Part shown: positions 1-10,394 of the stretch, in pieces | Layout: every line of letters begins with the position of its first letter | Numbering within the stretch: position 1 is the first letter of the stretch | Origin: an uncultured Gammaproteobacteria bacterium | GTDB taxonomy: Bacteria; Pseudomonadota; Gammaproteobacteria; Chromatiales; Chromatiaceae | Direction of reading: 5' to 3' | Length of the DNA: 64,000 bases | Assembly: GCA_963698775.1 (NCBI GenBank) | Contig: CAVOSE010000072.1 | Coordinates: 4,720 to 68,719, forward strand | Position numbers and translations under genes: made by a program | Notes under the pieces: model-generated | The model's input: the letters and a program-made list of their open reading frames with translations, nothing else | What the model was told of the DNA's origin: nothing | Database searches by the model: none

Positions 1-34
1 TCGATCACGTCAAGATCGTGCTGCGGATCGACAA

Positions 35-343
35 CTAACCGAGGGCTTCGTGCGGCTGATAGAGGGTCCGGATGAGGTGGCAGGGCCAGAGAATCCGGGC
101 AATCCAGGCGTGCTCACGATGATCGAGCTGGCCGAGGCCGTGCGCGACCTGACCGGCTCCAGCTCCGAACTCGTCCACGAGCCCCTGCCGCAGGACGACC
201 CCAAGCAGCGCCAGCCGGATATCACCTTGGCCCGCGACCAGTTGGGGTGGGAGCCGCGGGTCGCGCTGCGTGACGGACTACGGCCAACGATTGCTTATTT
301 TGAGGGGCTGTTGCAAGGGGAGCAGGTTGGCCTGTCTGTGTAA
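35..343 (+). pseudogene. C-terminal fragment of a UDP-glucuronate decarboxylase (UXS-like NAD-dependent epimerase/dehydratase)
   Basis: [24 protein letters not shown]...[16 protein letters not shown]...[13 protein letters not shown] matches the UXS C-terminus. Sequence upstream in this frame does not resemble the expected RSFCYVDD motif, and another frame ends at TAA 36-38 (...VKIVLRIDN*). Confidence 0.7.
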
Positions 344-451
344 TCGCGGACGGCGATGTCGGTGTCGGATCGGCGCTGGCGTCAGCTGGTGATGAAGACC
401 GAGCCTCGGCTCGGTTTTTTGCTTTTCTGTCTTAGACGAGTCTCACTGCGC

Positions 452-1222
452 ATGAAGATTTCCATCGTCACAGCGACCTGGCAATGTGCTGAGGTGATCG
501 GCGATTGCCTGGCCTCGGTGGCAGGTCAGACGTATCCAGCACGCGAGCACATCGTCATCGACGGTGGCAGCACGGACGGCACGTTGGCCCTGCTGCAGGC
601 GCATCGCGATCAGCTGGCGGTGTTGGTCAGCGAGCCCGATCAGGGCATCTACGACGCCCTCAACAAGGGACTGGCGCGCGCCAGCGGTGACGTGGTCGGG
701 CTGCTGCACGCTGATGATCTCTATGCAGACAGCGAGGTGCTCGCCCGCATCGCCGCCGCCTTTGCCGATCCGACGGTAGAGGCGGTCTATGGGGACCTGG
801 TGTATGTCGCGCGACAGGACACCAGCCGCGTGATCCGCTACTGGCGCGCCGGGGACTATGCGCCGGCGCGATTGCGCCGAGGCTGGATGCCGCCGCATCC
901 GACGCTGTATCTGCGCCGCTCGCTGTATGCGCGCTGCGGGATGTTCGACACCCGCTACCAGATCGCCGCGGACTATGACCTGATGCTGCGGATGCTGACG
1001 CACCTGGATGGGAACGGAGAAGGGCGGGTGCGCTACCTGCCGCAGGTGCTGGTGCGCATGCGCCTGGGCGGGGTCAGCAACCGCTCACTGCGCCACCTGC
1101 TGCGCAAGTCCTGGGAGGACTACCAGGCGCTGCGAGCCAACCAGGTCGGAGGCTTGGGCGCGCTGGCGTGGAAGAATCTCTCCAAGCTGCCGCAATTCGT
1201 TCGGCGGGAGGGCGCAGGATGA
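452..1222 (+). CDS. Glycosyltransferase family 2 (WcaE/PGL-like)
   Basis: MKISIVTAT, IDGGSTDGT, SEPDQGIYDALNKG, LHADD, PPHP motifs. Confidence 0.92.
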   Translation: MKISIVTATWQCAEVIGDCLASVAGQTYPAREHIVIDGGSTDGTLALLQAHRDQLAVLVSEPDQGIYDALNKGLARASGDVVGLLHADDLYADSEVLARIAAAFADPTVEAVYGDLVYVARQDTSRVIRYWRAGDYAPARLRRGWMPPHPTLYLRRSLYARCGMFDTRYQIAADYDLMLRMLTHLDGNGEGRVRYLPQVLVRMRLGGVSNRSLRHLLRKSWEDYQALRANQVGGLGALAWKNLSKLPQFVRREGAG

Positions 1223-1543
1223 CCATCCGCGACCACGGCGCTATTGCCGGCGCTACTGGTTCCTGTCACGAGCTGGTGCTGGCCCGACGGGCGCTCGCTG
1301 CTGGTCGACTATGGGCTATTCCAGGGCGCCGAAGCGGGGCCGGATGGGGCGGGGGCGAAGCGTCTGGCGATTCGCTTCCCGGTGGAGCCGATTCAGGCCC
1401 TGGTGATCACCGATGTGCACATCGACCACGTCGGGCGGCTGCCGTATCTGCTATCCGGCGTGGACTGCAAAGCCACTGTGCGCATCGGCGACTACCCCAA
1501 TCCTGGATGCAGCGCCGCTACCAAAGCTTGCCGGCTGCGATGA
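1219..1543 (+). pseudogene. Frameshifted, truncated MBL-fold metallo-hydrolase (beta-CASP RNase-like)
   Basis: MTIRDHGAIAGATGSCHEL, then a frame change to LLVDYGLFQG...LVITDVHIDHVGRLPYLL (degenerate THxHxDH); similarity ends near 1460. Confidence 0.75.
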
Positions 1544-1955
1544 CTAGGCCGCCGACGGTGGTGATGAAGCCGATTAGCCATAGAAAGTGGCGGTCGTGGC
1601 GGCGAATCATCTCGTCAAAGCGGTTGTCGATTTGCTCGAAGCGTTTGTCGACTTGCTCGAAGCGTTTGTCGATTTGCTCGAAGCGCTTGTCGATTTGCTC
1701 GAAGCGTTTCTCAACTTGCTCGAAGCGTTTCTCCACTTGCTCAAAGCGCTTGTCGACTTGTTCGAAGCGCCTCTCCATCAGCTCGAAGCCTTGGCGCATG
1801 AGGTCGCGCTGGTGCTTGAGTTCTTCTTCGACTCGAACCATGCGCTCGCGCAGCTCGATTTCGTAAACGGCCGGCGGCTTGCCTAGGCTTTGCTCGGCAA
1901 GCCAGGTAGCCATGTTGGCCTTGATGAATTCGATGTCTTGCTGGGTCAGGGTCAT
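1518..1955 (-). CDS. Membrane-anchored coiled-coil protein with heptad repeats (DUF1640/CCDC90-like architecture)
   Basis: About 8 copies of [DE]KRFEQ[VI], followed by a C-terminal hydrophobic helix FLWLIGFITTVGGLVIAA. Confidence 0.7.
   Translation of the reverse strand: MTLTQQDIEFIKANMATWLAEQSLGKPPAVYEIELRERMVRVEEELKHQRDLMRQGFELMERRFEQVDKRFEQVEKRFEQVEKRFEQIDKRFEQIDKRFEQVDKRFEQIDNRFDEMIRRHDRHFLWLIGFITTVGGLVIAAGKLW
1609..1776. repeat. 21-bp coding tandem repeat (~8 units)
   Basis: Recurrent ttgtcgatttgctcgaagcg-type units. Confidence 0.9.
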
Positions 1956-2127
1956 AGTCGGCTCCGCGAAATCCGTTTCGAGCATTATAGCAAGCAAGCG
2001 CGGCCGGACTTTTCAGTGGTTGTGAATACCCTTCGTGGTCAGACCGCGTAAGAACGCGGCGGTGGGGATCGCATTGTCGGAGATGATCGTTCGGCGTTGG
2101 TTTCGGTACGATCGGAGGTGTTTGCAC

Positions 2128-2226
2128 ATGCCCTCGGAGCATTTTCTACTTACCGCTGCGCTTGGGCTGGAGGCGCCTTGGGAGGTCAGCGATGTCGGCT
2201 TCGAGGTTGATGCCGAATCATGGTGA
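2128..2226 (+). mobile_element. ISL3-family transposase N-terminal remnant
   Basis: LLTAALGLEAPWEVSDVGFE resembles the ISL3 N-terminal ALGLxxPWxVxxV motif; GGAGG RBS upstream; stops after 32 aa. Confidence 0.55.
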
Positions 2227-2288
2227 TCTGGAACTGTGCCAACACGCTGTGGGATTGTTTGGCCTCGGTGGCCGGACAATATCCCTTG

Positions 2289-2308
2289 GCGACTGAAGTC
2301 GCCCCTAC
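2289..2308 (-). repeat. GTAG-type REP palindrome
   Basis: GCGACTGAAGTCGCCCCTAC, a hairpin ending in CTAC. Confidence 0.75.
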
Positions 2309-2474
2309 CTCTCGCGGGCGGCTGGAGTCGTTTCTAGTGCGGGGCCGGCTAAGGAGAACGGTGGGTTGACTGTGGCGGCCGATCGGTACCACGATAAGAT
2401 TGTGCTACGGCAACGGTGCAGGTGTGCGACGTCGCGAGATGGCGGCGGCTGCTGCTCTTGTGGGGGTTGAGTCG

Positions 2475-3251
2475 ATGTTGTTGTCGAAGGTGTTGACTGC
2501 CTTGGCGATGCCTCTGGGTGTCGGTCTGCTGCTGGTGTTGGCGGGCTGGCTGATGCTGTTGTTTCGGTGGGCGCTGCTGGGTGGCGGGCTTGTCTTGGCT
2601 GGACTGCTGTGGGTCTGGCTTTGGTCAACGCCGACGTTTTCGGGGTGGGTGCGTGGGTCGTTAGAAGGAGACTATCCGCCGTTGGCGCTGGCGACTTTGC
2701 CGAACGCCGCTGCAGTGGTGGTATTGGGCGGTGCCGTTGGCGGTATTGTGCCGCCCCGGTTGTTTCCAGATCTGAACGCCGCCGCTGATCGGGTGTGGCA
2801 CGCTGCGCGGGTGTTTCATGCCGGCAAGGCTCCCTGGTTGGTCGTGAGCGGTGGTCGGTTGCCCTGGCAAACGGAGGAGGCACCGGAAGCGGTGGCGATA
2901 TTGGCCTTTCTTGAAGATCTGGGCGTGCCACCGGATCGTGTGCTGCTTGAGGCGCGCAGCGGGACGACGCGTGAAAATGCGCTGGAGACGCACCAATTGT
3001 TGGATCAGCATGGTATCCGCGGGCCGGTTCTGCTGGTGACGTCCGCGCTCCACATGCGCCGCGCGCTGGCGGCGTTCCGAGCGGCTGGTGTCGATGTGGT
3101 ACCCGTGGCGACGGATCATGAGGTGGTGGTTCGGGTGTCTCGGACGATGCTGGATTATCTGCCGGATGCTGGCGCGTTGAGCGGGAGTTCTAGGGCCTTC
3201 AAGGAGTACTTGGGCTTGTTGGTGTACTGGTTGCGGGGGTGGGCTGCCTAG
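2475..3251 (+). CDS. YdcF/ElyC (DUF218) family membrane protein
   Basis: Two N-terminal TM helices; VVVLGG, VVSGG, EARSGTTRENA, LVTSALHMRRA, KEYLG motifs. Confidence 0.9.
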   Translation: MLLSKVLTALAMPLGVGLLLVLAGWLMLLFRWALLGGGLVLAGLLWVWLWSTPTFSGWVRGSLEGDYPPLALATLPNAAAVVVLGGAVGGIVPPRLFPDLNAAADRVWHAARVFHAGKAPWLVVSGGRLPWQTEEAPEAVAILAFLEDLGVPPDRVLLEARSGTTRENALETHQLLDQHGIRGPVLLVTSALHMRRALAAFRAAGVDVVPVATDHEVVVRVSRTMLDYLPDAGALSGSSRAFKEYLGLLVYWLRGWAA

Positions 3252-3433
3252 GAGCGCCGGCTTCTAGCCGGCCGCCGGGCTCGGGAGCATATCGCCGCGG
3301 TGTGGGCCTTTAGTGCGGCGATGCGTTTCGCTATGCTCTAGCCATCCTGCCGCACGGGGGCGTTGGTACTTCTAGGCCTCGGTAGGTCATGCGGACAGGT
3401 CGGTATACATAGGCTGCTCGATGGTCGACGACG

Positions 3434-4147
3434 ATGATGAAAAGCGAACTTGCGGCGGCGTTTTGCGTGGTTTTGGCAGGGTGGTTTCCGATGGCCGAGG
3501 CGGGGGGAGGCTTCGCCGACCCTTTTTACGCGTTCAGCGGGGCAGGGAGGACAGATTTCGAACGAGCGTTAGATTTCGATGGGCGAGGAGGCTTGGTTCG
3601 GGTCTCCGAAAAGTCGAGGGAGATCGCGCGTCGTTTGGACGGCAGCGGTTACTATTCCCGGCTGTCGCGGGCCTACAAGGGCTACCCTCATCTGCGCTCC
3701 AAGGCCGCTGCACCGCCGCGGGTGGGCACTGGTTCTGCGGGCGTCAATCTTGAAAATCAGCGCCTTTTTCGTTCGAGGCTGCGGCAGATCGCCCGTGCGC
3801 ATCGGCTCGCCCCAGAATTATTGGATGCGGTGATTCTGGTGGAATCGGCCTACGATCCGGGCGCAGTCTCACCCAAGGGAGCGATGGGCTTGATGCAACT
3901 GATGCCCGACACGGCAGAGCGATTTGAGGTCTCAGACGCTTTTGATCCCACCGATAACATGCGCGGCGGGGCGCGCTATCTGCGCTGGCTGATGGACCGG
4001 TTCGACGGCGAGCTTGAACTGGTGTTGGCCGCCTACAATGCGGGCGAAGGTGCGGTGGAACGGCACGGCAACCGGATACCTCCATATCAGGAGACGCAGG
4101 ATTATGTTGCCCGGGTGTTGGGACTCTATAAACGTGCCCAGCCCTGA
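3434..4147 (+). CDS. Lytic transglycosylase (SLT domain), secreted
   Basis: Signal peptide; VESAYDPGAVSPKGAMGLMQLMP, AAYNAGEGAV, PPYQETQDYV. Confidence 0.93.
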   Translation: MMKSELAAAFCVVLAGWFPMAEAGGGFADPFYAFSGAGRTDFERALDFDGRGGLVRVSEKSREIARRLDGSGYYSRLSRAYKGYPHLRSKAAAPPRVGTGSAGVNLENQRLFRSRLRQIARAHRLAPELLDAVILVESAYDPGAVSPKGAMGLMQLMPDTAERFEVSDAFDPTDNMRGGARYLRWLMDRFDGELELVLAAYNAGEGAVERHGNRIPPYQETQDYVARVLGLYKRAQP

Positions 4148-4285
4148 AGCCTGGCATTTGGTCATCTTCGCAGGCGGTTTCCGAGCAGCCGGATGAGTAG
4201 GCTACTGGCCGTGCGATTACGGACCCAGGGGTGTCTTGCCGGCCATCCCGGATGGGGCGCTGCTTGGGTTGCTACGACGCCTGCG

Positions 4286-4427
4286 ACTCGAATTGGAGGT
4301 TCGCGTCGGTCATTTTTTTAGATCAGGGGTTTGTGCGCCAGGGTGGGTATGGCTTCAGGTGCGCGGCAGGCAGTGGCTGGGCGAATGAATTCGCCCCTAC
4401 AGCTGGAGTAACGGCTGGATTTAGGTT
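4286..4427 (-). repeat. MITE/REPIN-like element, family A
   Basis: The reverse complement begins AACCTAAATCCAGCCGTT and contains GTAGGGGCGAATTCATTCGCCC; collinear with the copies at 41023 and 55113. Confidence 0.75.
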
Positions 4428-4432
4428 GAGCC

Positions 4433-6757
4433 TTATCGCTTGGATTGCTTGGTATCGGTATACCCATAGCTTGAACCGTACCGGTAGCCGTACCGGTAGC
4501 CGTACCGGTAGCCGTACCGGTAGCCTCGGTGCATTTGGATTCCGTTCAGTATCACCCCGCGCACGCTGGCGCCGCCTTGCTTCATGAGCTTGACGCTTTC
4601 GTCAAGCTCCGCGACGGAGTTGGATTGGGCCCTTGCGACGAGCAGCGATGCGCCTGCATGACGGCCGATGATTGCGGCGTCAGTGACTGCCAGGATGGGC
4701 GGGGCATCGATGACGACATAGTCGTAGTTCTCGGCGCCCCAGCGCAATAGGGTCTCGGTACGCTCATGCATCAGAAGTTCCGATGGGTTGGGCGGTCGTG
4801 CGCCGGTGCCGATGAAGTCGAGTTGTCCGGCGTCGATGCGCGTCACCACCTGTTCGCGGGCGACGTCGCCCGCGATGAACTCCGACAGCCCGACGCCGGC
4901 ATCGATGCCGAGCACTCGATTCAGGTGTCCCTTGCGCATATCCGCGTCGATCAATAGGACTCGCTTCCCGGCCTGTGCGAGCACGAGGGCGAGGTTGACG
5001 CAGAGAAACGACTTGCCGACGCCGGGGCTCGGGACCGGTGACGAGCAGGGTCGAATTTCCGGCCTCCAGCAGCAGGAAATGCAAGCTGGTACGTAGACTG
5101 CGGATGCTCTCAATCGCGTGGTCTTTGGGTGCGTCCAGCGCAAGTGGGGTGCCACCGGATTTACGCCTATTGAATTGCTTGGAGAGCTTCTCCTGCGCTT
5201 CGCTGAGCGGGATGGTGCCGAAGACGGAGATGCCGAGTGCCTGCTCGATCTCGGCCGGGTCTTCGATGCCGTGGCGTAGCTTGACGCGGACGAAAACGAT
5301 GGCAAGCCCGATGAACAAGCCAAGCATCGTGCTGATAGCAACCGTCTTGCGCAGGTTTGGCGCCACGCGCGCGCCTGGTGGCAAGGCGTAGTCGATGATG
5401 CGGGCGTTACCGACGGTGCCCGCCTTGGCGATGCGTAGTTCCTGCATCGCGTTGATCAGCTGGGAGTAAAGGGAGGAATTGACCTCAACGTCGCGCTTCA
5501 GGCGCAGCACCGTCTGCTGGGTCTCCGGCAGCGCTTCGGTCTCTTGTTCCAGCTTGGACAGCTTGTCGTTCAGCGTCCCGATCAGGCCGTCGAGGGACTG
5601 GATTTTGGGGTGTGTCGGCTTGAAGCGTGCGCGCAGGTTCTCGCGTTCCTGTTGTAGGCCGAATAGCTCGTTCTCGATTTCAATGACCGACGTGAGGACG
5701 TTTTCCGTCTCCCGCGTGATGTCAATGGTGCCGTTCTCGCGCAGGAAGGCGTTGTAGGCACCCTCGGCGGCGTCCAGGCGGGCCTTCAACGGGGGCAATT
5801 GCTTTTCCAAGAAGGCGAGGGTCTTGTCAGCTTCTTCGCCCTTGCGTTCGACATTGTGGCGCTGATAGTTGTCGAGGATGGCGTTGAGGATGGTGGCGGC
5901 CCGCTTGGGGTCACCGGCGGTGAAGCTGACCTGCAGGATGCCGGAGTAGCTTGGGCCTCTCGTTGCGGAGAAGGCGCCGCTGAGTCCGCCCGCCGCGGCC
6001 TCTAGGGAGCACCTTGCGCACCACGAATTCGGTGCCTGGGCGGGCCTTGAGCCGTGAGACGAACAGCACGAGATCGCCGCCGCCGGGGAGTTGGGCCTCG
6101 GCCCTGGCTGCCGACGGTAGCCTTGCAACAGTTCGGTACCGGTGTCGTCGAGGAGTCGGAAGTCGCCCTCTTGCGCCGCGACCAACGTGAAGGCTGTTCC
6201 CAGCAGGGCGTCCGGCACCAGCAGGCTCTGCACCTCGATCTCCTCGCCGCCCCAGGCATACTGATCCATCCCGAACCAGGGCTTTGCGACGCCGGAACCA
6301 CGATAGTGGCGAGCGATGGCGGCACCGATCCAGGGCTCGTGGCGAGGGTATGCCTGGATGTCGAGTTTCAGTCGTTCCGCGACATCGGCCATCACGGCGC
6401 GCGACTTGATGATCTCGATCTCGGCGGCGATGGAGACCGAGCCGCCGAAGACGGCGTCGGACTGGTCGAACTCAAGCAAGGCCGCGACGCCGCCTGACCT
6501 GTTTGGTCTCGATCTGCATCAGCGCCTGCGCGGTGTATTGCGGTGGCGTTGAGAAAAACTTGAATAGCCCGACCCCGAGTGCCGCGATCAACACGGCCAG
6601 GATAAGCCACTTGTGCTCCCAGGCATGCCAAAACAGCTGCATCGAGATCGCCGCCACCCTCGTCCGGCTCGCGGGGCTGGTAGTCGTATTGGGGCGGCTG
6701 CTCGACGATCGGAGGCGACGGCCCGGACACTGAACGGAGAGGAATGCTGTTGGTCAT
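4433..6757 (-). pseudogene. wzc: Polysaccharide co-polymerase / tyrosine autokinase Wzc, split over several frames
   Basis: AEIEIIKSR, AGTVGNARIID, ESIRSLRTSL, Walker A PGVGKS, IDADMRKG, IDAPP and a C-terminal Tyr cluster, spread over at least 4 frames. Confidence 0.88.
4476..4524. repeat. 12-bp tandem repeat encoding the Wzc tyrosine cluster (YRYG)x4
   Basis: (ccgtaccggtag)x4. Confidence 0.9.
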
Positions 6758-6978
6758 CGGAGAAAGGTTGCTACGTGCTTAGCTGGATGCGCTGGCCTTG
6801 ATCATGAGTCCGGTGGTCTCGGCTCTCGATACGGCCGTTGGCGAGGCCAATGGGTCCGTCGGACAGCGCGACCCTACGAGGATGTGGTGCTTGCGATATC
6901 GGTCCGCTGTGCGGACCGGTTTCCGGGAAATAAATCGGCTCGGCGGGAACGATGACCGGAGGCCTCTGGCCGTGTAGG

Positions 6979-8189
6979 TCAAAACGGCAAGCAATCAGTT
7001 CGAATTGAGCCTGCGCCGTATTGGAAATTGAGGCCCTCTAGGTTGTTGAGGATGGTGGTCGTGGGCAACAGATTGCTCATCACGCGGTTCCAGCGCACGA
7101 TATCGGCGGCATCGACGTAGACCACGTCCCGCGGCAGAAGCTGGAATCGGTCTGCCAGCAGCATGGCGTCTGGTGACTTCGAGGCCAGGTGATAGATCTC
7201 CGGACGCTCGCCGCCGCGCAGGACATAGATCTGGTAGGGATTCGCCGAAATTGGTCGATGTCCGCGGCGTCGCCCAGCGCCTCGGTCAGCGTCACGCGGT
7301 GACGGTCCATGAGTTGGGACCCAGGCCGGTTGACGGCGCCGAGCACGAAGACCTTGTCGCCGCTGCGGTCCGGGACGGTGACGATGTCGCCGTTCTGGAG
7401 CATCGCGTTTTGACTGGTGTCGCCGTTTTCGTACAGTGCGAGCAGGTCGATAGGACGAGTTGTGTCGCCGCGCGTCAGGGTCACGGTGCTCCGGTCTGCC
7501 TGCTCGGTGAAGCCGCCGGCTTGGTTGACCGCCTCGACCATGCGTCATCGGGACGTCCGTGATGGCGACGATGCCAGGCGTGTTGACCTCGCCGACGACA
7601 TAGACGCGTTGGCTGCGATAGGCGGCAACGCGCACCTCAAGTTGGACGTTCTCGATGACACTGCTCAGCTTCTGCGTCAGGATATTCCTTACCTGGCCCG
7701 TGGTCAGCCCCGCGACCTTGACGACGCCCGCATACGGGAAGTAGATGGTGCCGTCTTCGGAGATGAGGCTGCCCGATTGTTCGGCGCTGCGAAACTCGCC
7801 GGCCGGAATGGTGAGTTCCGGGTGATCCCAGACGATGACGTTGATGACGTCTCCCGGACCGAGTCGATAGTCCTGATGCACCAGGGGCGCGGAGGGCGGG
7901 TTGGGCTGTACCTGCAATTCCTTGTCTTTTTCGATGATCAGTTCCGCGGTAATCGGTCGCACCCTGATGTTGGCTGGTACTTCCCCTGCGGCGTGTCGAC
8001 CGGCACCTGAATGCTGGATTCACCGGTCATGCGCAGTCTTGTCGAGTCGTTACCGGGCACGATGGCGCAACCGGCCATCTGGAGCGTGGCGGCGTGTAAC
8101 AGGCAGACGGTGAGCCAGCCGACTGATCGCCGACTGTTGTTCGCCCGAAGGGCTGGGATTTGGTCGGATTCCGCATAGCATCTAATCAA
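6979..8189 (-). pseudogene. wza: Polysaccharide export outer-membrane lipoprotein Wza, frameshifted
   Basis: Lipobox MAGC; YRLGPGDVINVIVWDHPEL, DGTIYFPYAG, YRSQRVYVVGEV, RWNRV; frame changes near 7960, 7545 and 7250. Confidence 0.88.
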
Positions 8190-8291
8190 GGGTAGGTGGA
8201 TGAGGCCGGCTTGTTGTGGTGCGGCGGGTCATCGCAAAGTGATGTGTCTGTTCGGTGGCCGTGGCGCCGGCTGACGCGAGCCGCATCATGA

Positions 8292-8731
8292 TCAAATCCG
8301 TACCATCCAGGCGGCGAGTGATCGCTCGATCAGGTCCATTGTCTGCTCGAACAGGGCAAGCTCTCCCCGGTAGGGGTCAGGCACCTGCGATTGGGACCAA
8401 TGCCCCAGGAGCATCGTCTTGCCGGCCGTGTTCGGTTCGCGGTCGTCGGAGTTCGGCGCGCTGCGCATCTTCCATGACCAGGATTAGGTCCGCCCAGTGC
8501 AGCATGTCGCGGTTGACCTGGACGGCGCGGTGCTCGGACAGGTCCAGGCCGTGTTGGCGGGCGGCAGCTGGGCGTGAGGGTCGGCCGGATGGCCGACAAG
8601 CGCACCAAGCCCGGCTGAGCGCACGGCGATGGCTCCGGCCGCTGCTTGTCGACCAGGCTGCGCATGGCGGCTTCCGCCATCGGGCTGCGGCAGATGTTGC
8701 CCGTGCAAAGTATCAGTATCCGGTCAAACAA
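8292..8731 (-). pseudogene. wzb: Low-molecular-weight protein tyrosine phosphatase Wzb, frameshifted
   Basis: CTGNICRSPMAE P-loop; SAGLGALVG, ADLILVME and VPDPY lie in different frames. Confidence 0.88.
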
Positions 8732-8782
8732 TGCCTTGCCATAGTCGTTTGCGGACGCCGCTTGTCTTGGTGCCAGGCATAG

Positions 8783-9301
8783 TCATGCCGCGGAACGGAC
8801 GCTAGCGCGCCGAAGATCCGCGGTGGATAGGGTCGCGGTTCGCTGGCAGCCCAGGAATTCGATGAGAATCCGGACACGATCCGCCCCAGTCTGTGCCTGG
8901 TAAATACCCTCCAAACCCGCGCATGGACCCGAGGTGACAAGCACCTTGTCACCGGCGTTGAAGCGGGGCTGCGGTGGGCGGATCAGGCCGGTTTCAGGGT
9001 CGGTATTCCGCTGCAGCTCCGCGATGACTGCTTCAGGCACCGTGGGCATTCGATCACCGAACCGGACCAGGCCAATGGTGCCCAACGTGCTGCGAATCGG
9101 CCCGATACTCTGCGTCGCTGTGTCGATGAAGGCGAACAAATAGCTCGGAAATAGGGGCGCGACGACCCGTACGGTCCGCTGGCGACGCGGACGCGACTCG
9201 AGGATCAGCGGCAGAAAGGTCTCGTATCCTTGTTGTTGGAGGTTCTCTTGTGCCAGCGCTTCCTGGCGAGGTTTGCTCCGAATCACGTACCAAGCTGTCA
9301 T
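8783..9301 (-). CDS. rfaH: RfaH/NusG-family transcription antiterminator
   Basis: WYVIRSKPRQE, PLFPSYLF, IRSTLG, KOW motif GDKVLVTSGP; heads the EPS export operon. Confidence 0.88.
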   Translation of the reverse strand: MTAWYVIRSKPRQEALAQENLQQQGYETFLPLILESRPRRQRTVRVVAPLFPSYLFAFIDTATQSIGPIRSTLGTIGLVRFGDRMPTVPEAVIAELQRNTDPETGLIRPPQPRFNAGDKVLVTSGPCAGLEGIYQAQTGADRVRILIEFLGCQRTATLSTADLRRASVRSAA

Positions 9302-9448
9302 GGTCTTCCCTGCATCCCAACGATTTGATATGTCACTCTCTTTGCCCGCTCCTGCCCAGCACCGCTTGCTGCCAAAGCGATAGGCCACCGTGGCAGCCGG
9401 TCGGTGCCTGAGATGATGAGTGCCGTGACCGGAGGCGACAGATTCCCG

Positions 9449-9582
9449 CTGAGCCCGGAAGGTAGTCGGTAGGATGGGTAGTGCGCAGCGAAACCCATGC
9501 GGGGTGTCAGCTAAGTCGCTGATTGATGGGTCTCGCTGCGCTCTACCCATCCTACGGTGGGTCGGCTTTCCGGGGATTTCAG
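9449..9582. repeat. Inverted REP doublet (GTAGGATGGGTAG type)
   Basis: GTAGGATGGGTAGTGCGCAGCGAAACCCAT ... ATGGGTCTCGCTGCGCTCTACCCATCCTAC (9469-9555), with imperfect inverted CCCGGAAG/TTTCCGGG flanks. Confidence 0.85.
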
Positions 9583-9784
9583 GAATACTTGCACAGTCTC
9601 GCAGTGCTTACCAATTTCCCAGTCACGATCTTTGTGATGCTGGCTGCCCGAGGCGATGCGGCGGTGGAAGCGGCTGTGTATTTGCTCCAACGCTGGCACT
9701 GGACCCCCCTGCGGGAGACCATAAATAACGGAGACATACTAGAGCATGCAGATGTTAAAGCAAGGACCAAAGGTAGGCAACCCA

Positions 9785-10297
9785 ATGAGCTCTGATTTAC
9801 GGTCGGAGGAAAGCGTTCAGATCCGTACCGCTGATCTGTGGCAGCCGGATGACTCGGCCGCGGTGCTGCTGTTGCTCGACCACTATGCCGCCGATCCCAT
9901 GGGCGCCGGACGTGCCCTCGAGGCCGAGGCGCGCGCATGCCTCGTGCCGGCGCTGCGGGCGGTGCCGGGGGTCTTGGTGTTGTTGGCGTGGGCAGGCGGG
10001 AGGCCGGTCGGGGTCGCGGTCTGCTTCGCCGGCTTTTCGACCTTCCGTGCCCGCGGTCTGTTCAACGTGCATGATCTCGCCGTGTTGTCGGGCTGGCGTG
10101 GGCAGGGCATTGGCGGGCGTCTGCTTGCCGCCGTCGAGGCCGAGGCGCGCGCTCGTGGTTATTGCAAGGTTACGTTAGAGGTGCGCGCCGACAACGAAGT
10201 CGCGCTGGCGTTATACCGAAGGCTCGGCTACGGCGCCGGTGTCAGTGCTGGCCAGCCGGCGCAGTACCTGTTCATGGAGCGGCGGCTGGACGATTGA
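9785..10297 (+). CDS. GNAT family N-acetyltransferase
   Basis: NVHDLAV, RGQGIG acetyl-CoA motif, LEVRADN..A..LYRRLGY. Confidence 0.9.
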   Translation: MSSDLRSEESVQIRTADLWQPDDSAAVLLLLDHYAADPMGAGRALEAEARACLVPALRAVPGVLVLLAWAGGRPVGVAVCFAGFSTFRARGLFNVHDLAVLSGWRGQGIGGRLLAAVEAEARARGYCKVTLEVRADNEVALALYRRLGYGAGVSAGQPAQYLFMERRLDD

Positions 10298-10394
10298 GCG
10301 GCGGGCTGATACTCGCCCCACCCCACCCACGGGCAAGTGCCGACTGAAGATTGAACTTCGTGGTCGTCGGGGTTATGCTGCGGTGCAGCAAAAC

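Noticed and set aside
1609-1776. Possible CRISPR array
   Set aside because: Contiguous 21-bp units without spacers, in frame within a coiled-coil gene; no cas genes
9302-9460. ops/JUMPstart element for RfaH
   Set aside because: No convincing GGCGGTAG match found on the minus strand by eye
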